Shown piece after piece: positions 21,035 to 31,493 of a stretch of 62,674 nucleotides of DNA (position 1 is the first letter of the stretch; each line of letters opens with the position of its first letter). The notes under the pieces are model-generated. The model searched no databases, was not told the DNA's origin, and saw nothing but the letters and a program-made list of their open reading frames with translations. Origin of the DNA: an uncultured Bacilli bacterium (GTDB lineage Bacteria > Bacillota_I > Bacilli_A > RF39 > UBA660); contig CARMXJ010000003.1 of the NCBI GenBank assembly GCA_949025205.1, positions 1-62,674 on the forward strand. The letters are read 5' to 3'. A program made the position numbers and the translations under genes.

Positions 21035-23170
21035 ATGAACCAATTAGAAATGTTAAAAGAAATAAGTAAAAATTTTACTGAAGAAGAAAAAAAAGAAATT
21101 AAAAAAGCCTACGAATTTGCTAGGGAAAAACATAAAGGAAGAGTTAGACTAACTAACGAAGATTACATCATGCATCCTTTAAATGTTGCCCTTATTCTTA
21201 GCGATTTAAACGTAGACAAAACAACTATTATGGGAGCACTTCTTCATGAAACAATAAACAACGGAGAAACATTAGAAAGCGAATTAGAAGAAAACTTTGG
21301 AACAGAAATCGCTCATATCGTAAAAAGCATTAGTACGATTAACAAGTTAGAACTTCCCGATAATAAAGAATCTTCCGCAATTTATTTGAGAAAAGTCTTA
21401 GTAGGTCTTGCCGAAGATGTTCGTGTACTCTTTATAAAACTAGCCGACCGCTTACACAATATGCGTACCATTTGGGCGGTAAACCCAGCAAAACAAAAGA
21501 GAAAAGCCAATGAAACCATGACCGTTTTAATTCCGATTGCCCACCGTCTAGGAATCTATTCCATCAAAAGTGAACTAGAAGACCTTTGTCTAAAATACAC
21601 AAAACCAGAAGTATACGAAGACATTTTAAAACAATTAGATGCATCAGTAGAAGAACTAGAAGATGTTTTAGAAGCTATGCAAGACAGTATATCTGAAATA
21701 TTAATAGAACATGGTTTAAAATTTCATATCAAAAGCCGTGTAAAAAGTGTATACAGTATCTATAAAAAATTATCAAAAGGCAAAAAATGGAGCGAAATTT
21801 ACGATATTCTGGCTTTACGCCTTATCATGGAAAAAGAAAGTGACTGTTATTTAGCCATTGGTTTAATTCACTCTAAATTCCATCCACTTCCCAAAAGATT
21901 TAAAGACTATATCGCCATGCCAAAAGAAAACATGTACCAATCATTACATACTGGTGTATTTGGTATTGATGGGAATATCTTTGAAGTACAAGTAAGAACC
22001 CATGAAATGGATGAAATCGCAGAAAAAGGAATTGCATCTCACTGGTCATACAAAGAAAAAGGAACCAAAAAAATTCAAAGTATGATGGAACAAAAACTAG
22101 AAATATTTAGAAATATCATTGAAACCTATAAAGAAAGTGAAAGTGCTCTTGATTTTGCAGCCAATGTAAATGATGATATTTTAGGAGATTTAATTTATGT
22201 ATTTACGCCGAAAGGTGATGTTGTAGAACTTCCAAAAGATGCAACTCCAATCGATTTTGCTTACCGTATCCATTCTAAAGTTGGGGACACAACTATTGGA
22301 GCCATTGTAAACGAAGAAATTGTCCCACTTTCTTACAAACTCCAAGATGGCGATGTTATAAAAATCAATACCAACAAAAATTCAACCCCATCAGAAGAAT
22401 GGCTAAATTTCGTAAAAACAACCGGAGCAAAAAGCAAAATAAAAGCATATTTCAACAAACAAGACCGTGCTGACTACATTGAAAATGGAAAAAGTATTCT
22501 AGAAAAAGAATTACGAAAACAAAAATTAAGCTTTGCAGAAATCTTTTCTCCAGAAAAAATAGAAAAAATATGCAACGATTTAAAGCTAAACGACTTAGAA
22601 GAGATATACCTAGCCATTGGTTCATTTAGATATACTGCTGGATTCATTATAAAGCTAACAACCGAAGAAAAACACGATGTTACAGATGCCTTAATTGAAA
22701 AAGTAAGAAACAAAAACAAAATAATTCCATCCCTAAACAACAAAAACGACATCATAGTAGGAGAACATAATGATATATTAGTCACTTTAGCCAAATGCTG
22801 TAAGCCTGTAAAAGGAGATAATATCATCGGCTATATCACCAAAGGGGAAGGAATAACGGTCCACAAAACAGACTGTCCAAACATAAAAGACAAAGAAGAG
22901 CGATTAATTGAAGTTACTTGGAGTGAAAATGCAGACAATGACTACTACACAGACATCTATATCGAAGCATTAAACGATAAAAATTATGTAACAGACATCA
23001 TTAATAAAGCAAGTACCAAAAACATTAGTGTTGTATCTCTAACAACAAATGAATTTGCAGAGTATACCACCTACAATTTAACAATCAAAGTAAAAAATGC
23101 CACAGAATTAAATGATTTCTTGAACAGTTTGTATAGCCTTTCCTTTATCAAGAAAGCAGGAAAAAAATAA
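21035..23170 (+). CDS. relA: Bifunctional (p)ppGpp synthetase/hydrolase RelA/SpoT homologue
   Basis: HD domain (HPLNVA...LLHE), synthetase domain (YKSLHT-like [18 protein letters not shown]), TGS domain ([26 protein letters not shown]) and a C-terminal ACT-like domain. Confidence 0.95.
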   Translation: MNQLEMLKEISKNFTEEEKKEIKKAYEFAREKHKGRVRLTNEDYIMHPLNVALILSDLNVDKTTIMGALLHETINNGETLESELEENFGTEIAHIVKSISTINKLELPDNKESSAIYLRKVLVGLAEDVRVLFIKLADRLHNMRTIWAVNPAKQKRKANETMTVLIPIAHRLGIYSIKSELEDLCLKYTKPEVYEDILKQLDASVEELEDVLEAMQDSISEILIEHGLKFHIKSRVKSVYSIYKKLSKGKKWSEIYDILALRLIMEKESDCYLAIGLIHSKFHPLPKRFKDYIAMPKENMYQSLHTGVFGIDGNIFEVQVRTHEMDEIAEKGIASHWSYKEKGTKKIQSMMEQKLEIFRNIIETYKESESALDFAANVNDDILGDLIYVFTPKGDVVELPKDATPIDFAYRIHSKVGDTTIGAIVNEEIVPLSYKLQDGDVIKINTNKNSTPSEEWLNFVKTTGAKSKIKAYFNKQDRADYIENGKSILEKELRKQKLSFAEIFSPEKIEKICNDLKLNDLEEIYLAIGSFRYTAGFIIKLTTEEKHDVTDALIEKVRNKNKIIPSLNNKNDIIVGEHNDILVTLAKCCKPVKGDNIIGYITKGEGITVHKTDCPNIKDKEERLIEVTWSENADNDYYTDIYIEALNDKNYVTDIINKASTKNISVVSLTTNEFAEYTTYNLTIKVKNATELNDFLNSLYSLSFIKKAGKK

Positions 23171-23634
23171 TGCGTGTTGTAATACAAAGAGTAAAAAAAG
23201 CAAGTGTCGCCATAGAAAACAAAGTGGTTGGCAAAATAGACAATGGATTATGCATCCTAGTTGGATTTACGGATAAAGATAACGAAAGTGATATTGACTA
23301 TCTCGTAAAAAAGATAATAAATCTACGTATATTTAATGATGAACAAGGGATTATGAATAAAAGCATTTTGGATGCAAAAGGAAGTATTTTATCCATCAGT
23401 CAATTTACCCTTTATGCAGACACAAAAAAAGGCAATCGTCCTTCCTATATAAAAGCCATGAAAGGAGAAAGTGCCACCTTACTTTATGATGTATTTAATC
23501 AAAAACTAAAAGAATATGTAGAAGTACAAACAGGTATTTTTGGGGCTGATATGCTTGTATCCATAGAAAATGATGGCCCTGTTACCATAATAATAGATTC
23601 AAAAGGAGAAGGGACACAAAAATGCTATGAATAA
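23170..23634 (+). CDS. dtd: D-aminoacyl-tRNA deacylase
   Basis: MRVVIQRV...[16 protein letters not shown]...NDGPVT; directly downstream of relA. Confidence 0.9.
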   Translation: MRVVIQRVKKASVAIENKVVGKIDNGLCILVGFTDKDNESDIDYLVKKIINLRIFNDEQGIMNKSILDAKGSILSISQFTLYADTKKGNRPSYIKAMKGESATLLYDVFNQKLKEYVEVQTGIFGADMLVSIENDGPVTIIIDSKGEGTQKCYE

Positions 23635-23859
23635 TCTCTAAAATAGATAATTATGATAGTAGTCTTTACCATGAAAATTCCTCTTATATCTACACATGTT
23701 ACAAAGAAGGAAAAGTAAATTTCCTAAGTATGCAACAACTCAAGAAAAAGAAGAACTTGCGTTATCTAGAAGAAGATATTAACTCAAAAATAAGATTGCT
23801 AAAAACTAGCACTCTTTTTTTTGACTGTGCTATAATACTAATAAAGGTTGTGATGTATA

Positions 23860-25224
23860 ATGATAAATTTGAAAACTGATTCTAGAAAGGTAGGAAAAGG
23901 GGACACATTTATAGCCATTCGAAATGTAAACCGAGATGGACATGATTATATAGAGGAAGCCATTAAAAAAGGTGCTACAAAAATTATTTGTGAAGAGGGA
24001 ACATACCCAGTAGAAACTGAAATTGTTAAAGATACAAGGGCCTATTTAGATGAATACCTATATGCCCATTATTATCCGCAAATTAAAAATATGAAACTAA
24101 TTGGTGTAACCGGTACAAATGGAAAAACAACCACTTGTTTTCTAATCTACCAAATGTTAAAAAAATTAGGTTGTAATCCTGCTTATATTGGAACAATAGG
24201 ATTTTACTATAACAATACAAAAAAAGAGTTAAACAATACCACCCCCGATACAGATTTGCTATACGAAATGCTTTTAGAAGCAAGTGAGGCCGGCTGTGAT
24301 ACAGTCGTAATGGAAGTTAGTAGCCATGCTCTAGACAAAAATAGAATTTACGGGCTAGAATTTGATTGTGTTGCATTCACAAATTTAACGCAAGACCATT
24401 TAGATTATCACGAATCTATGGAAAACTATTGCGAAGCCAAGAAAAAACTATTTAAACGAACTAGAAACAATAAAATTGCTGTCATTAATAAAGATGATGC
24501 TTACGCAAATAACTTTATTTTACCAGAAAATGAAAATATTACGATTTCTAGCGAAAGCGGAAGTGTAACTATTACGGATATGGATTTTTCACACATGAGT
24601 ACCCAAATTAAATTTACTTATGAAGAAAAAGAATATACAACTTCTATAAATATGGTAGGAAGATACAATGTCTACAATTTCCTAACGGCTGTATTTTTAG
24701 TACATAAACTTGGATTTACATTAAAAGAAATTTTAAATTTAGCAGATACTTTGAGCGCTCCAGCGGGAAGAATGGAAAAGATTGCCTACAAAACAAACAG
24801 CATATTTATTGATTATGCCCATACACCAGATGCAGTCATAAACGTACTAAAAAGTGCAGAAGAATATAAAAATGGACAAGTAATTACCATCATTGGTTGT
24901 GGAGGAGACAGAGACCGAAAAAAACGTCCAATAATGGGACATGCCGCCGAAGAAAATTCTGATTATGTTATATTTACAAACGACAATCCAAGAACAGAAG
25001 ACGAACACCAAATCATGAACGATATAATAGATGGACTAAATAAAGATAACCATGAAGTCATTTTTGACCGAAAAGAAGCCATCCAAAAAGGAATTAGCTT
25101 ACTAAAAGAAAACGATATGCTAATGATTTTAGGAAAAGGACATGAAGATTACCAAATCATTGGTACAGAAAAACACCATTTCAGCGATAAAGAAATTGTG
25201 TTAGAAACAATAAATAACTATTAA
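23860..25224 (+). CDS. murE: UDP-N-acetylmuramoyl-L-alanyl-D-glutamate--2,6-diaminopimelate ligase MurE
   Basis: GVTGTNGKTTT, DYAHTPDA, and GCGGDRDRKKRP followed by DNPRTED (the DNPR motif of DAP-adding MurE). Confidence 0.9.
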   Translation: MINLKTDSRKVGKGDTFIAIRNVNRDGHDYIEEAIKKGATKIICEEGTYPVETEIVKDTRAYLDEYLYAHYYPQIKNMKLIGVTGTNGKTTTCFLIYQMLKKLGCNPAYIGTIGFYYNNTKKELNNTTPDTDLLYEMLLEASEAGCDTVVMEVSSHALDKNRIYGLEFDCVAFTNLTQDHLDYHESMENYCEAKKKLFKRTRNNKIAVINKDDAYANNFILPENENITISSESGSVTITDMDFSHMSTQIKFTYEEKEYTTSINMVGRYNVYNFLTAVFLVHKLGFTLKEILNLADTLSAPAGRMEKIAYKTNSIFIDYAHTPDAVINVLKSAEEYKNGQVITIIGCGGDRDRKKRPIMGHAAEENSDYVIFTNDNPRTEDEHQIMNDIIDGLNKDNHEVIFDRKEAIQKGISLLKENDMLMILGKGHEDYQIIGTEKHHFSDKEIVLETINNY

Positions 25225-25254
25225 CTAACAAAATAGTAGGAAAGGAAAATAGTA

Positions 25255-25818
25255 ATGGCTAGTTTTGGCATTCATCTTGCGATAGCAGAAGAATATTTAA
25301 AATGTCATCCAAAAGAAAATAGACAAGAATTTATAAAAGGAACTATTGATGTTGATTTGGCAACTGATAAAATTAAATCACACTACACAGGAACTACAAA
25401 TCACGATAATCTTATTGAATTTTTAAACAAAAAAGTTGTATTAGAAGATTATGTTTCTGAAAATGAAATAAGTACAAGTTATGATAGAGGTTATTTTCTC
25501 CATTTATTAACAGATTACTATTTTTATACAACTTTTTTTGACAGAGAATGGCTAGAATCTATAGACTATCATCAGTTTAAACAAATTTTATATCAAGAAT
25601 ACCCAGTTTTAACGCATTTCATTAATTCGACTTTTAAAATAGAGTATCCCGATATTATAGAGAAATATAACTATCAAATAAATGGTGTAAATAAAATTTT
25701 GACTGAAACAAAAGTAAACAGATTTATCCAAAAGATAGCAAATTTAAACATTGAAAATATATATGCATTTATAAAAAATAAACAAATCTCAAGTTCAGAG
25801 AATAATTTGAAAACATAA
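25255..25818 (+). CDS. Hypothetical protein (possible metal-dependent hydrolase-like fold)
   Basis: 187-aa ORF with N-terminal GIHLAIAEEY. The assignment is weak. Confidence 0.4.
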   Translation: MASFGIHLAIAEEYLKCHPKENRQEFIKGTIDVDLATDKIKSHYTGTTNHDNLIEFLNKKVVLEDYVSENEISTSYDRGYFLHLLTDYYFYTTFFDREWLESIDYHQFKQILYQEYPVLTHFINSTFKIEYPDIIEKYNYQINGVNKILTETKVNRFIQKIANLNIENIYAFIKNKQISSSENNLKT

Positions 25819-25844
25819 AGTAAACACAGAAAAGAGGCAATTAC

Positions 25845-26189
25845 ATGATACATAAAATGAATTTAAACGATGATCCATTCAATAGAATAAAAGAAGGGAC
25901 AAAAACAATTGAATCACGACTAAATGACGAAAAAAGACAATTACTAAAAATAAAAGATTATATTGAATTTACAAATAGATTAACATTTGAAAAAATGCTT
26001 GTAGAAATAATAAATTTACACAAATATCCAAACTTTGAAGAATTATATAAGCACTTCAATAAAATAGAACTGGGATATGATAAAAATACTCTAGCAAATT
26101 CCAAAGACATGGAAGAGTATTATTCTAAAGAAGAACAAGAAAAATATGGAGTAGTTGGAATAGAAATTAAAAGAATAAAAACTATTTAA
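25845..26189 (+). CDS. ASCH domain protein
   Basis: PFNRIKEGTKTIESRLNDEKRQLLKIKDYIEF matches the ASCH N-terminal pattern (F..I..G.KT.E.R..D.KR); ~110 aa. Confidence 0.6.
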   Translation: MIHKMNLNDDPFNRIKEGTKTIESRLNDEKRQLLKIKDYIEFTNRLTFEKMLVEIINLHKYPNFEELYKHFNKIELGYDKNTLANSKDMEEYYSKEEQEKYGVVGIEIKRIKTI

Positions 26190-26226
26190 AAAATAATTTT
26201 TATTCTTTTATTATATTTAGTACGAG

Positions 26227-28131
26227 GTGAAGAATTTGAAATACATTATAAAAAACGCATCCATTTCTTTAAGTGGTGAGCCTATACTTACAGATATCAA
26301 TTTAGAAATTATAGATACTTCCCATATCGGCATTGTAGGACGTAATGGGGCTGGGAAAACAACCTTATTAAATGCCTTAATCCATAATGAAATGCTAGAA
26401 GAAGGACTAGCGGATGCCAAATTTGAAATCAACAAAATAGGACCATGTACGATTGGATACTTAGAACAAATTACATTTAACGATGAAAATAGAACCCTTT
26501 TAGAAGAAATCAAAAACTGCTATCCTGAAATTTTAGAACTAGAACAAAAACTGGAAAAGCTAACAAAAAAATTAGAAGAAGATTTTTCAGAAAAAACAAT
26601 CAATGAATACACAAACACTTTAGATAGGTACGAAGTTCTAGGGGGATATTCCTACCAAAAAGAATATGAAATTATGTTAAAAAAATTTGGGTTTAGTGAG
26701 ATGGATAAAGAAAAAAGTATATCTTCTTTTTCGGGTGGAGAAAGAACGAAAATTGCTTTTCTAAAATTACTACTTGGAAAACAAGATATTCTCCTACTAG
26801 ATGAACCCACAAACCATTTAGATATTGAAGCCATCGAATGGTTAGAAACTTACCTAAAAAATTATAAAAAAGCTTTTATCATCGTATCCCATGACCGCAT
26901 GTTTTTAAATAACACCGTAAACACTATTTTAGATATCTCTTATAAAAAAGTAACGAAATATATTGGAAATTATGAATCCTACGAAAAGCAAAAGAAAGAA
27001 AATTACGAAAAGACTTTAAAAGATTATGAACGCCAACAAAAAGAAATAGAAAGATTAAATGCTTTATATGAAAAGTTTAGAGCAAAGCCAACCAAAGCCA
27101 AAATGGCATTATCAAAACTTCATATGATAGAGAGAATGGAAAAAATAGAGCGTCCACTAAGAGCAAATGAAAAAACATTTAAAATGAATCTAAACAAAAT
27201 GGAAGCAAGTGGCAAAAATGTACTCTCTTTAAAAGACTTAGAAGTGGGATACGACCATACTTTAGCTAAAATATCTTTAGAAATTATGCAAGGACAAAAA
27301 ATAGGTGTTATCGGAGCAAATGGTACTGGAAAATCAACGCTTTTAAAAACGATTAAAGGAATTATAAAACCCATGAAAGGACACATTTCTTTTGGCTATC
27401 ATGTACATATGGGATACTTTGACCAAAATTTAGAAATGATAAATAACGAACATACCATCTTAGAAGAGTTTAAAGCATCACTCCCTGATTGTTTAGAAAG
27501 CGATGCCAGAAGTGCGCTTGGTGCTTTTCTATTTAGTGGAAATGATGTAAATAAAAAAATAAACGTTTTATCAGGTGGAGAGAAAGTACGACTTCAATTA
27601 TGTAAAATTCTTTATGAAAAACCCAATTTTTTAATTTTAGACGAACCAACCAATCATTTAGATTTAATTGGAAAACAACAACTAGAATCGATTCTAACTA
27701 GCTACAAAGGTACTATCCTGTTTGTTTCTCACGATAGATACTTTGTAAAGAAGATTGCTTCTGATTTAATCGTATTTAATGAAATGGGGGCGAAATTTTA
27801 TTCATTTGACTATGAAACTTATAAGGAGAAAGAAAAGTTTTTAAAGCAACAAAGCCAACCGGAAGCAAAAATTATTCCAACGGAACAAAAGAAAAAGAAA
27901 GCGGAGCTCTCAAACGATTATAAAAAAGAACTTACAAAAATAGATAAAGAAATAACAAAATTAGAAGCAGAAAAAAAGAAATGGAATGAAGAATTATATA
28001 AAGTTGAAAACTATACCGATTACCAAAAGATGCAGGATTTACAAAAAAAGATAGAAGAAATAGAAAAGAAGATTGTTTTCTTAGAAAAAAGATGGGAAGA
28101 TATTGCTAAAGATTTAGAAGAAACAGAATAA
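26227..28131 (+). CDS. ABC-F family ATPase (translation-associated; no TM domain)
   Basis: Two ABC cassettes (GRNGAGKTTLL / LSGGERTK / LLLDEPTNHLD and GANGTGKSTLL / LSGGEKVR / LILDEPTNHLD), an inter-domain linker and a coiled-coil C-terminus. GTG start. Confidence 0.9.
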   Translation: MKNLKYIIKNASISLSGEPILTDINLEIIDTSHIGIVGRNGAGKTTLLNALIHNEMLEEGLADAKFEINKIGPCTIGYLEQITFNDENRTLLEEIKNCYPEILELEQKLEKLTKKLEEDFSEKTINEYTNTLDRYEVLGGYSYQKEYEIMLKKFGFSEMDKEKSISSFSGGERTKIAFLKLLLGKQDILLLDEPTNHLDIEAIEWLETYLKNYKKAFIIVSHDRMFLNNTVNTILDISYKKVTKYIGNYESYEKQKKENYEKTLKDYERQQKEIERLNALYEKFRAKPTKAKMALSKLHMIERMEKIERPLRANEKTFKMNLNKMEASGKNVLSLKDLEVGYDHTLAKISLEIMQGQKIGVIGANGTGKSTLLKTIKGIIKPMKGHISFGYHVHMGYFDQNLEMINNEHTILEEFKASLPDCLESDARSALGAFLFSGNDVNKKINVLSGGEKVRLQLCKILYEKPNFLILDEPTNHLDLIGKQQLESILTSYKGTILFVSHDRYFVKKIASDLIVFNEMGAKFYSFDYETYKEKEKFLKQQSQPEAKIIPTEQKKKKAELSNDYKKELTKIDKEITKLEAEKKKWNEELYKVENYTDYQKMQDLQKKIEEIEKKIVFLEKRWEDIAKDLEETE

Positions 28132-28170
28132 GAAAATATGCTATAATCAAATTAGCAAGAAGGAATAGCG

Positions 28171-28830
28171 ATGGATAATAAATATAATTTAACTCGAGAA
28201 CAAAATGTTTTTCTTTCCAAAAGAAACATTGTAGATTATATATGGAAAAGTGCCAACTTAGAAGGGATTACAGTAACATATTCTGAAACACAAGTACTAT
28301 ATGATGGAGGGATTGTAAATAGTTTAACTGTAAATGAAGTAATAGCCATTAATAATTTAAAATATGCCTGGAACTTTATATTAGAAACAAAAGAATTACC
28401 TCTTAATTATAGAACTCTTTGCGAAATTCATAAATTAACCACCGAAAAATTAGTAATAAATCCAGGAAAAATAAGAACTACTCCCGTAAATATCGGAGGA
28501 ACCAATTGGCATCCCGCATTTCCTTACGAAAGCCAAATTAAAGAAGAATTAGAAGATTTATTAAATCAAAAAGAAAAAACAAAAACAGAAATAGCATTAG
28601 AAACTATGCTTTACATCATGAGAAGACAAATGTTTTTAGACGGAAATAAAAGAGTAGCCATGCTATTTGCTAACAAAATAATGATTGATAACGGCTGTGG
28701 TATTATTACAATTGCGAAAGAAAAACAACCAACATTCTTTGAAAAACTAATAGCCTTTTACGAAACAAATAATATGCAACATTTAAAAGAATGGCTATAC
28801 GAAAATTGTATTGATGGAATAAAATTGTAG
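28171..28830 (+). CDS. Fic/Doc-family protein with a Gln-for-His motif (second copy)
   Basis: RRQMFLDGNKRVAMLFAN compared with the Doc-type HxFxDxNKR motif. Confidence 0.65.
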   Translation: MDNKYNLTREQNVFLSKRNIVDYIWKSANLEGITVTYSETQVLYDGGIVNSLTVNEVIAINNLKYAWNFILETKELPLNYRTLCEIHKLTTEKLVINPGKIRTTPVNIGGTNWHPAFPYESQIKEELEDLLNQKEKTKTEIALETMLYIMRRQMFLDGNKRVAMLFANKIMIDNGCGIITIAKEKQPTFFEKLIAFYETNNMQHLKEWLYENCIDGIKL

Positions 28831-28939
28831 TAAAAAATGAAAGTAAGTTTAAATATTTACTTTTTTTCTTGAATTCAACTAACAGTTTGTTTACTTTTAG
28901 AAAAAAGTATAGCAATAATGAATAAAAAGGAGTAAAAGA

Positions 28940-29797
28940 ATGAAGAATCAAAAAATGGGAGAATTTATAGCCAAATTAAGAAAAGAAAAAGAAATGACAC
29001 AAAAAGCTTTAGCAGAGAAACTATACGTAACAGACCGCGCCGTAAGCAAATGGGAAAGAGGTTTAAGTTATCCGGATATAACGCTTCTAGAAAAATTAAG
29101 TGAAATATTAGAAATAAGCGTAAATGAATTATTAAATGGAGAAAGAATAAACGATTTAACACGAGAAAAAGCCGATGATGTTTTAAAAACAGGAATCAAA
29201 GCTTATAAAAAACAAACAGAAAAAAAATTACACAAAAAAGTAGGACTAGGTATTGGTATTTTTCTTATACTTGGAACAATTCTTTTAGTAGTTGTAAGTG
29301 AATTAAACTATGGAGAAGTTTCTTTAGGCGTAATAAAATTCACATTCCCAAATATTAGCATGCAAGCTGCAAGAAAAAATACAGATAAATTCATGAAAGC
29401 ATTACAAGAGCAAAATTATGAAACATTAGAAAAAATAGTAAGTCCTCAAAAAGGAACGTATAAATTACTTTTAAAAAATACTTCAAACGAAGAAACCATA
29501 AAATTATATCAAGAATTAATTGAAAAAAGTTATCGTGAATTATTAGAAGAATTTTTTAAAGAAGTAGAAATTATAAATTACAAACGGGAAATGGTTTATT
29601 ATAATGGAAATAACTATGCGGTTAGTTATACCGTAAAAATCAAAGTCGAAAACGAAGAATTAACAATCTTGCCTACTTTAGTAGGACATCAAGAAAACAT
29701 AACACTTAGTTCCTTTGGTTGGAAAGATACTTGTAATAATTTTATAAATAATAATCCAGAAACTTGGAATAAAATCAAAAAGATTTTTATGTACTAA
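28940..29797 (+). CDS. Membrane-anchored XRE-family HTH regulator
   Basis: N-terminal HTH KEKEMTQKALAEKLYVTDRAVSKWERG, a single TM VGLGIGIFLILGTILLVVV, and a ~170-aa extracytoplasmic domain. Confidence 0.8.
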   Translation: MKNQKMGEFIAKLRKEKEMTQKALAEKLYVTDRAVSKWERGLSYPDITLLEKLSEILEISVNELLNGERINDLTREKADDVLKTGIKAYKKQTEKKLHKKVGLGIGIFLILGTILLVVVSELNYGEVSLGVIKFTFPNISMQAARKNTDKFMKALQEQNYETLEKIVSPQKGTYKLLLKNTSNEETIKLYQELIEKSYRELLEEFFKEVEIINYKREMVYYNGNNYAVSYTVKIKVENEELTILPTLVGHQENITLSSFGWKDTCNNFINNNPETWNKIKKIFMY

Positions 29798-29929
29798 ATA
29801 CAAGAAAAAAAGCAATTAGCAAACAATAAAAAAATAAAAAGTTCATTATTGACTTTTTTTCATTTTCTCGCTTAAAATGAATAAGGTTCAAAAAATTTTA
29901 ATTAAAATAGTAAAAATAAAGGAGACAAT

Positions 29930-30382
29930 ATGAACAAAACGACTTGTTATTCAGAATTTGTAATACAGAGTAACGGAAAAATGACCAAAAACGGATTTAA
30001 AACAAATAAAAATAGTGAATTTAATCCAGATGAAATAACGAAATTACTAAATATCACTCCATATCATACAACTACTATGAATGCTTCAAGGCCAAACGGA
30101 GTAGGAAACTATCCTTTCTCTACTTGGAGTGGTTGTAAAAAAGAAGAGCCTATATTAGATGCCGAAAAGCAAGTAGAAATGATTGTAGAAGAATTAAGAG
30201 ATAAAATCCCAACACTATTACAAATTAAAAAACGTTATGATGTTCGTTTCTTTATCACTATAGTTCCCTCTATATATAACGAAGAAGCTCCAGTAATCGG
30301 CTTTAATAAAGATATTATTGATTTCTGTTATAAAACAGGAGCCGAAATAGGAGTACATCTCTATGTATTTGATAAAGAATAA
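29930..30382 (+). CDS. Hypothetical protein (possibly DUF4279-like)
   Basis: 150 aa; its own promoter-like TTGACT..17/18 nt..TAAAAT lies at about 29851-29880. The family assignment is from memory and weak. Confidence 0.45.
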   Translation: MNKTTCYSEFVIQSNGKMTKNGFKTNKNSEFNPDEITKLLNITPYHTTTMNASRPNGVGNYPFSTWSGCKKEEPILDAEKQVEMIVEELRDKIPTLLQIKKRYDVRFFITIVPSIYNEEAPVIGFNKDIIDFCYKTGAEIGVHLYVFDKE

Positions 30383-30600
30383 AAAAGAAGCAGAAAATAT
30401 TTATAGAGAAAAAAAGCAAGATAAAAAGAAAAACTAAATATTATCACTTAGGTTTTGAAAAATAGCAAATGGAATTGTTGAGAGGTTTAAAAAGAAAGAA
30501 AACAAAATCTTAGCAATCCAGATGAACTTATATAGTAGAATAACTATTTAAGTCCTTTTATTTTTAAAGTGTCGACTAAAGATTGCAAAAAACAAAAAAA

Positions 30601-30628
30601 TTGACTTGTTAAAAATTTATACTATAAT
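30601..30628 (+). promoter_or_regulatory. Near-consensus sigma-70 promoter of the lipoprotein gene
   Basis: TTGACT (30601-30606), 16-nt spacer, TATAAT (30623-30628). Confidence 0.6.
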
Positions 30629-30655
30629 AAGAAACACCTAAGAAAGGAAACGAAT

Positions 30656-31226
30656 ATGAAAAAAGAAAATAAATTTAAAACCTTTATTGCTATTCTTGGA
30701 ATGAGCACTACTTTATCCTTACTGGGGGGGGTGTGGAAACGCCAATACTGATAATACTACTGCTAGCAAAAGCATATCTCTTACTGATTATCCAGAAACT
30801 AAAATCACGTATGATGAAATGGGTATACACGGGACAGTTTCCTACACAAATTTAGAAACTGGACATTTGCAAATTGTGATTATGGAGTATAGTGGAAAAC
30901 TCCTAGAACCAAAATTAATGGCTATCTCTACTTTAAGTGATGGTGGTATGCGTGGTCCACATTGGAAAACAACAGAATATATAGATTTAAAAATAGGAGT
31001 GACTCAAATCTCTTATACTAATGATAATATCACTCTAGGAGAAGATTTTACCATTGTAGAAGAAATATCCCTTTTTGCTTTTATAATCGAGAAAAATTGG
31101 ATACAAGAGGAATATGAAATAAATGAACTTATCAAGTTTTATGAAGAGAAAGTAAAAAGCAAATTAGAAGAACAAAAAGAGATAGAAGAAAGTAGGCTTT
31201 CTCGTACAAAATGGCAAAATATTTAA
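30656..31226 (+). pseudogene. Lipoprotein gene frameshifted (phase-OFF) at a poly-G tract
   Basis: ATG 30656 encodes MKKENKFKTFIAILGMSTTLSLLGG, then the G8 tract. As written the frame stops at TGA 30749-30751. With 7 Gs it reads LLGG-C-GNANTDNTTASK... (lipobox LGGC) and joins the 30819..31226 ORF frame. Confidence 0.75.
30724..30731 (+). repeat. G8 homopolymer at the lipobox of the lipoprotein gene
   Basis: ctg ggg ggg g; a shift of one frame separates the signal peptide from the mature-protein ORF. Confidence 0.9.
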
Positions 31227-31255
31227 TTGACTAAACCCCGATTTAGTAATAAAAT
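31227..31255 (+). promoter_or_regulatory. Sigma-70 promoter of the T-box leader / aaRS operon
   Basis: TTGACT (31227-31232), 17-nt spacer, TAAAAT (31250-31255). Confidence 0.55.
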
Positions 31256-31261
31256 AAATTT

Positions 31262-31473
31262 ATATAAATTTTCTATGAAAAAGAAAAGTAAGAAAAAAAC
31301 ATTTCTTTAAAAGAGAAGGCTAGGTTGCTGAAAATGCCAAAAGAAATCTTTTTCTGAAAGACAACTTTTTAATACATAGAAACGCACACGTTGCGATAAA
31401 AAGTGAAGAGTACCTAGTAAAGTAAGGTGGCACCGCGGGTTTTTTCTCGTCCTTACATTTATTAGGTTTTTTT
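31262..31473 (+). promoter_or_regulatory. T-box leader (tRNA-sensing riboswitch) upstream of hisS
   Basis: Conserved T-box AAGGTGGCACCGCGG. Antiterminator: GTAAGG (31422-27), 7-nt bulge TGGCACC (31428-34), small hairpin, CCTTAC (31451-56). A U-run follows at 31467-73. AGAGA and GNUGNNA-like elements lie in the 5' part. Confidence 0.8.
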
Positions 31474-31493
31474 ACGTTTAAGGAGGAGAAAAA

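Noticed and set aside
23730-23879. 49-codon ORF (MQQLKKKKNLRYLEEDINSK...) in the dtd-murE intergenic region
   Set aside because: It has no RBS. It runs through the likely murE promoter (TGcTATAAT, ~23829-23837) and overlaps the murE start out of frame. It is probably non-coding spacer.
28940-29797. RodZ identity for the XRE-HTH plus TM protein
   Set aside because: The architecture is the same, but the HTH is the generic phage-repressor type (..VSKWERG..). The genomic context is an accessory islet next to Fic and a lipoprotein, not a cell-shape gene neighbourhood.
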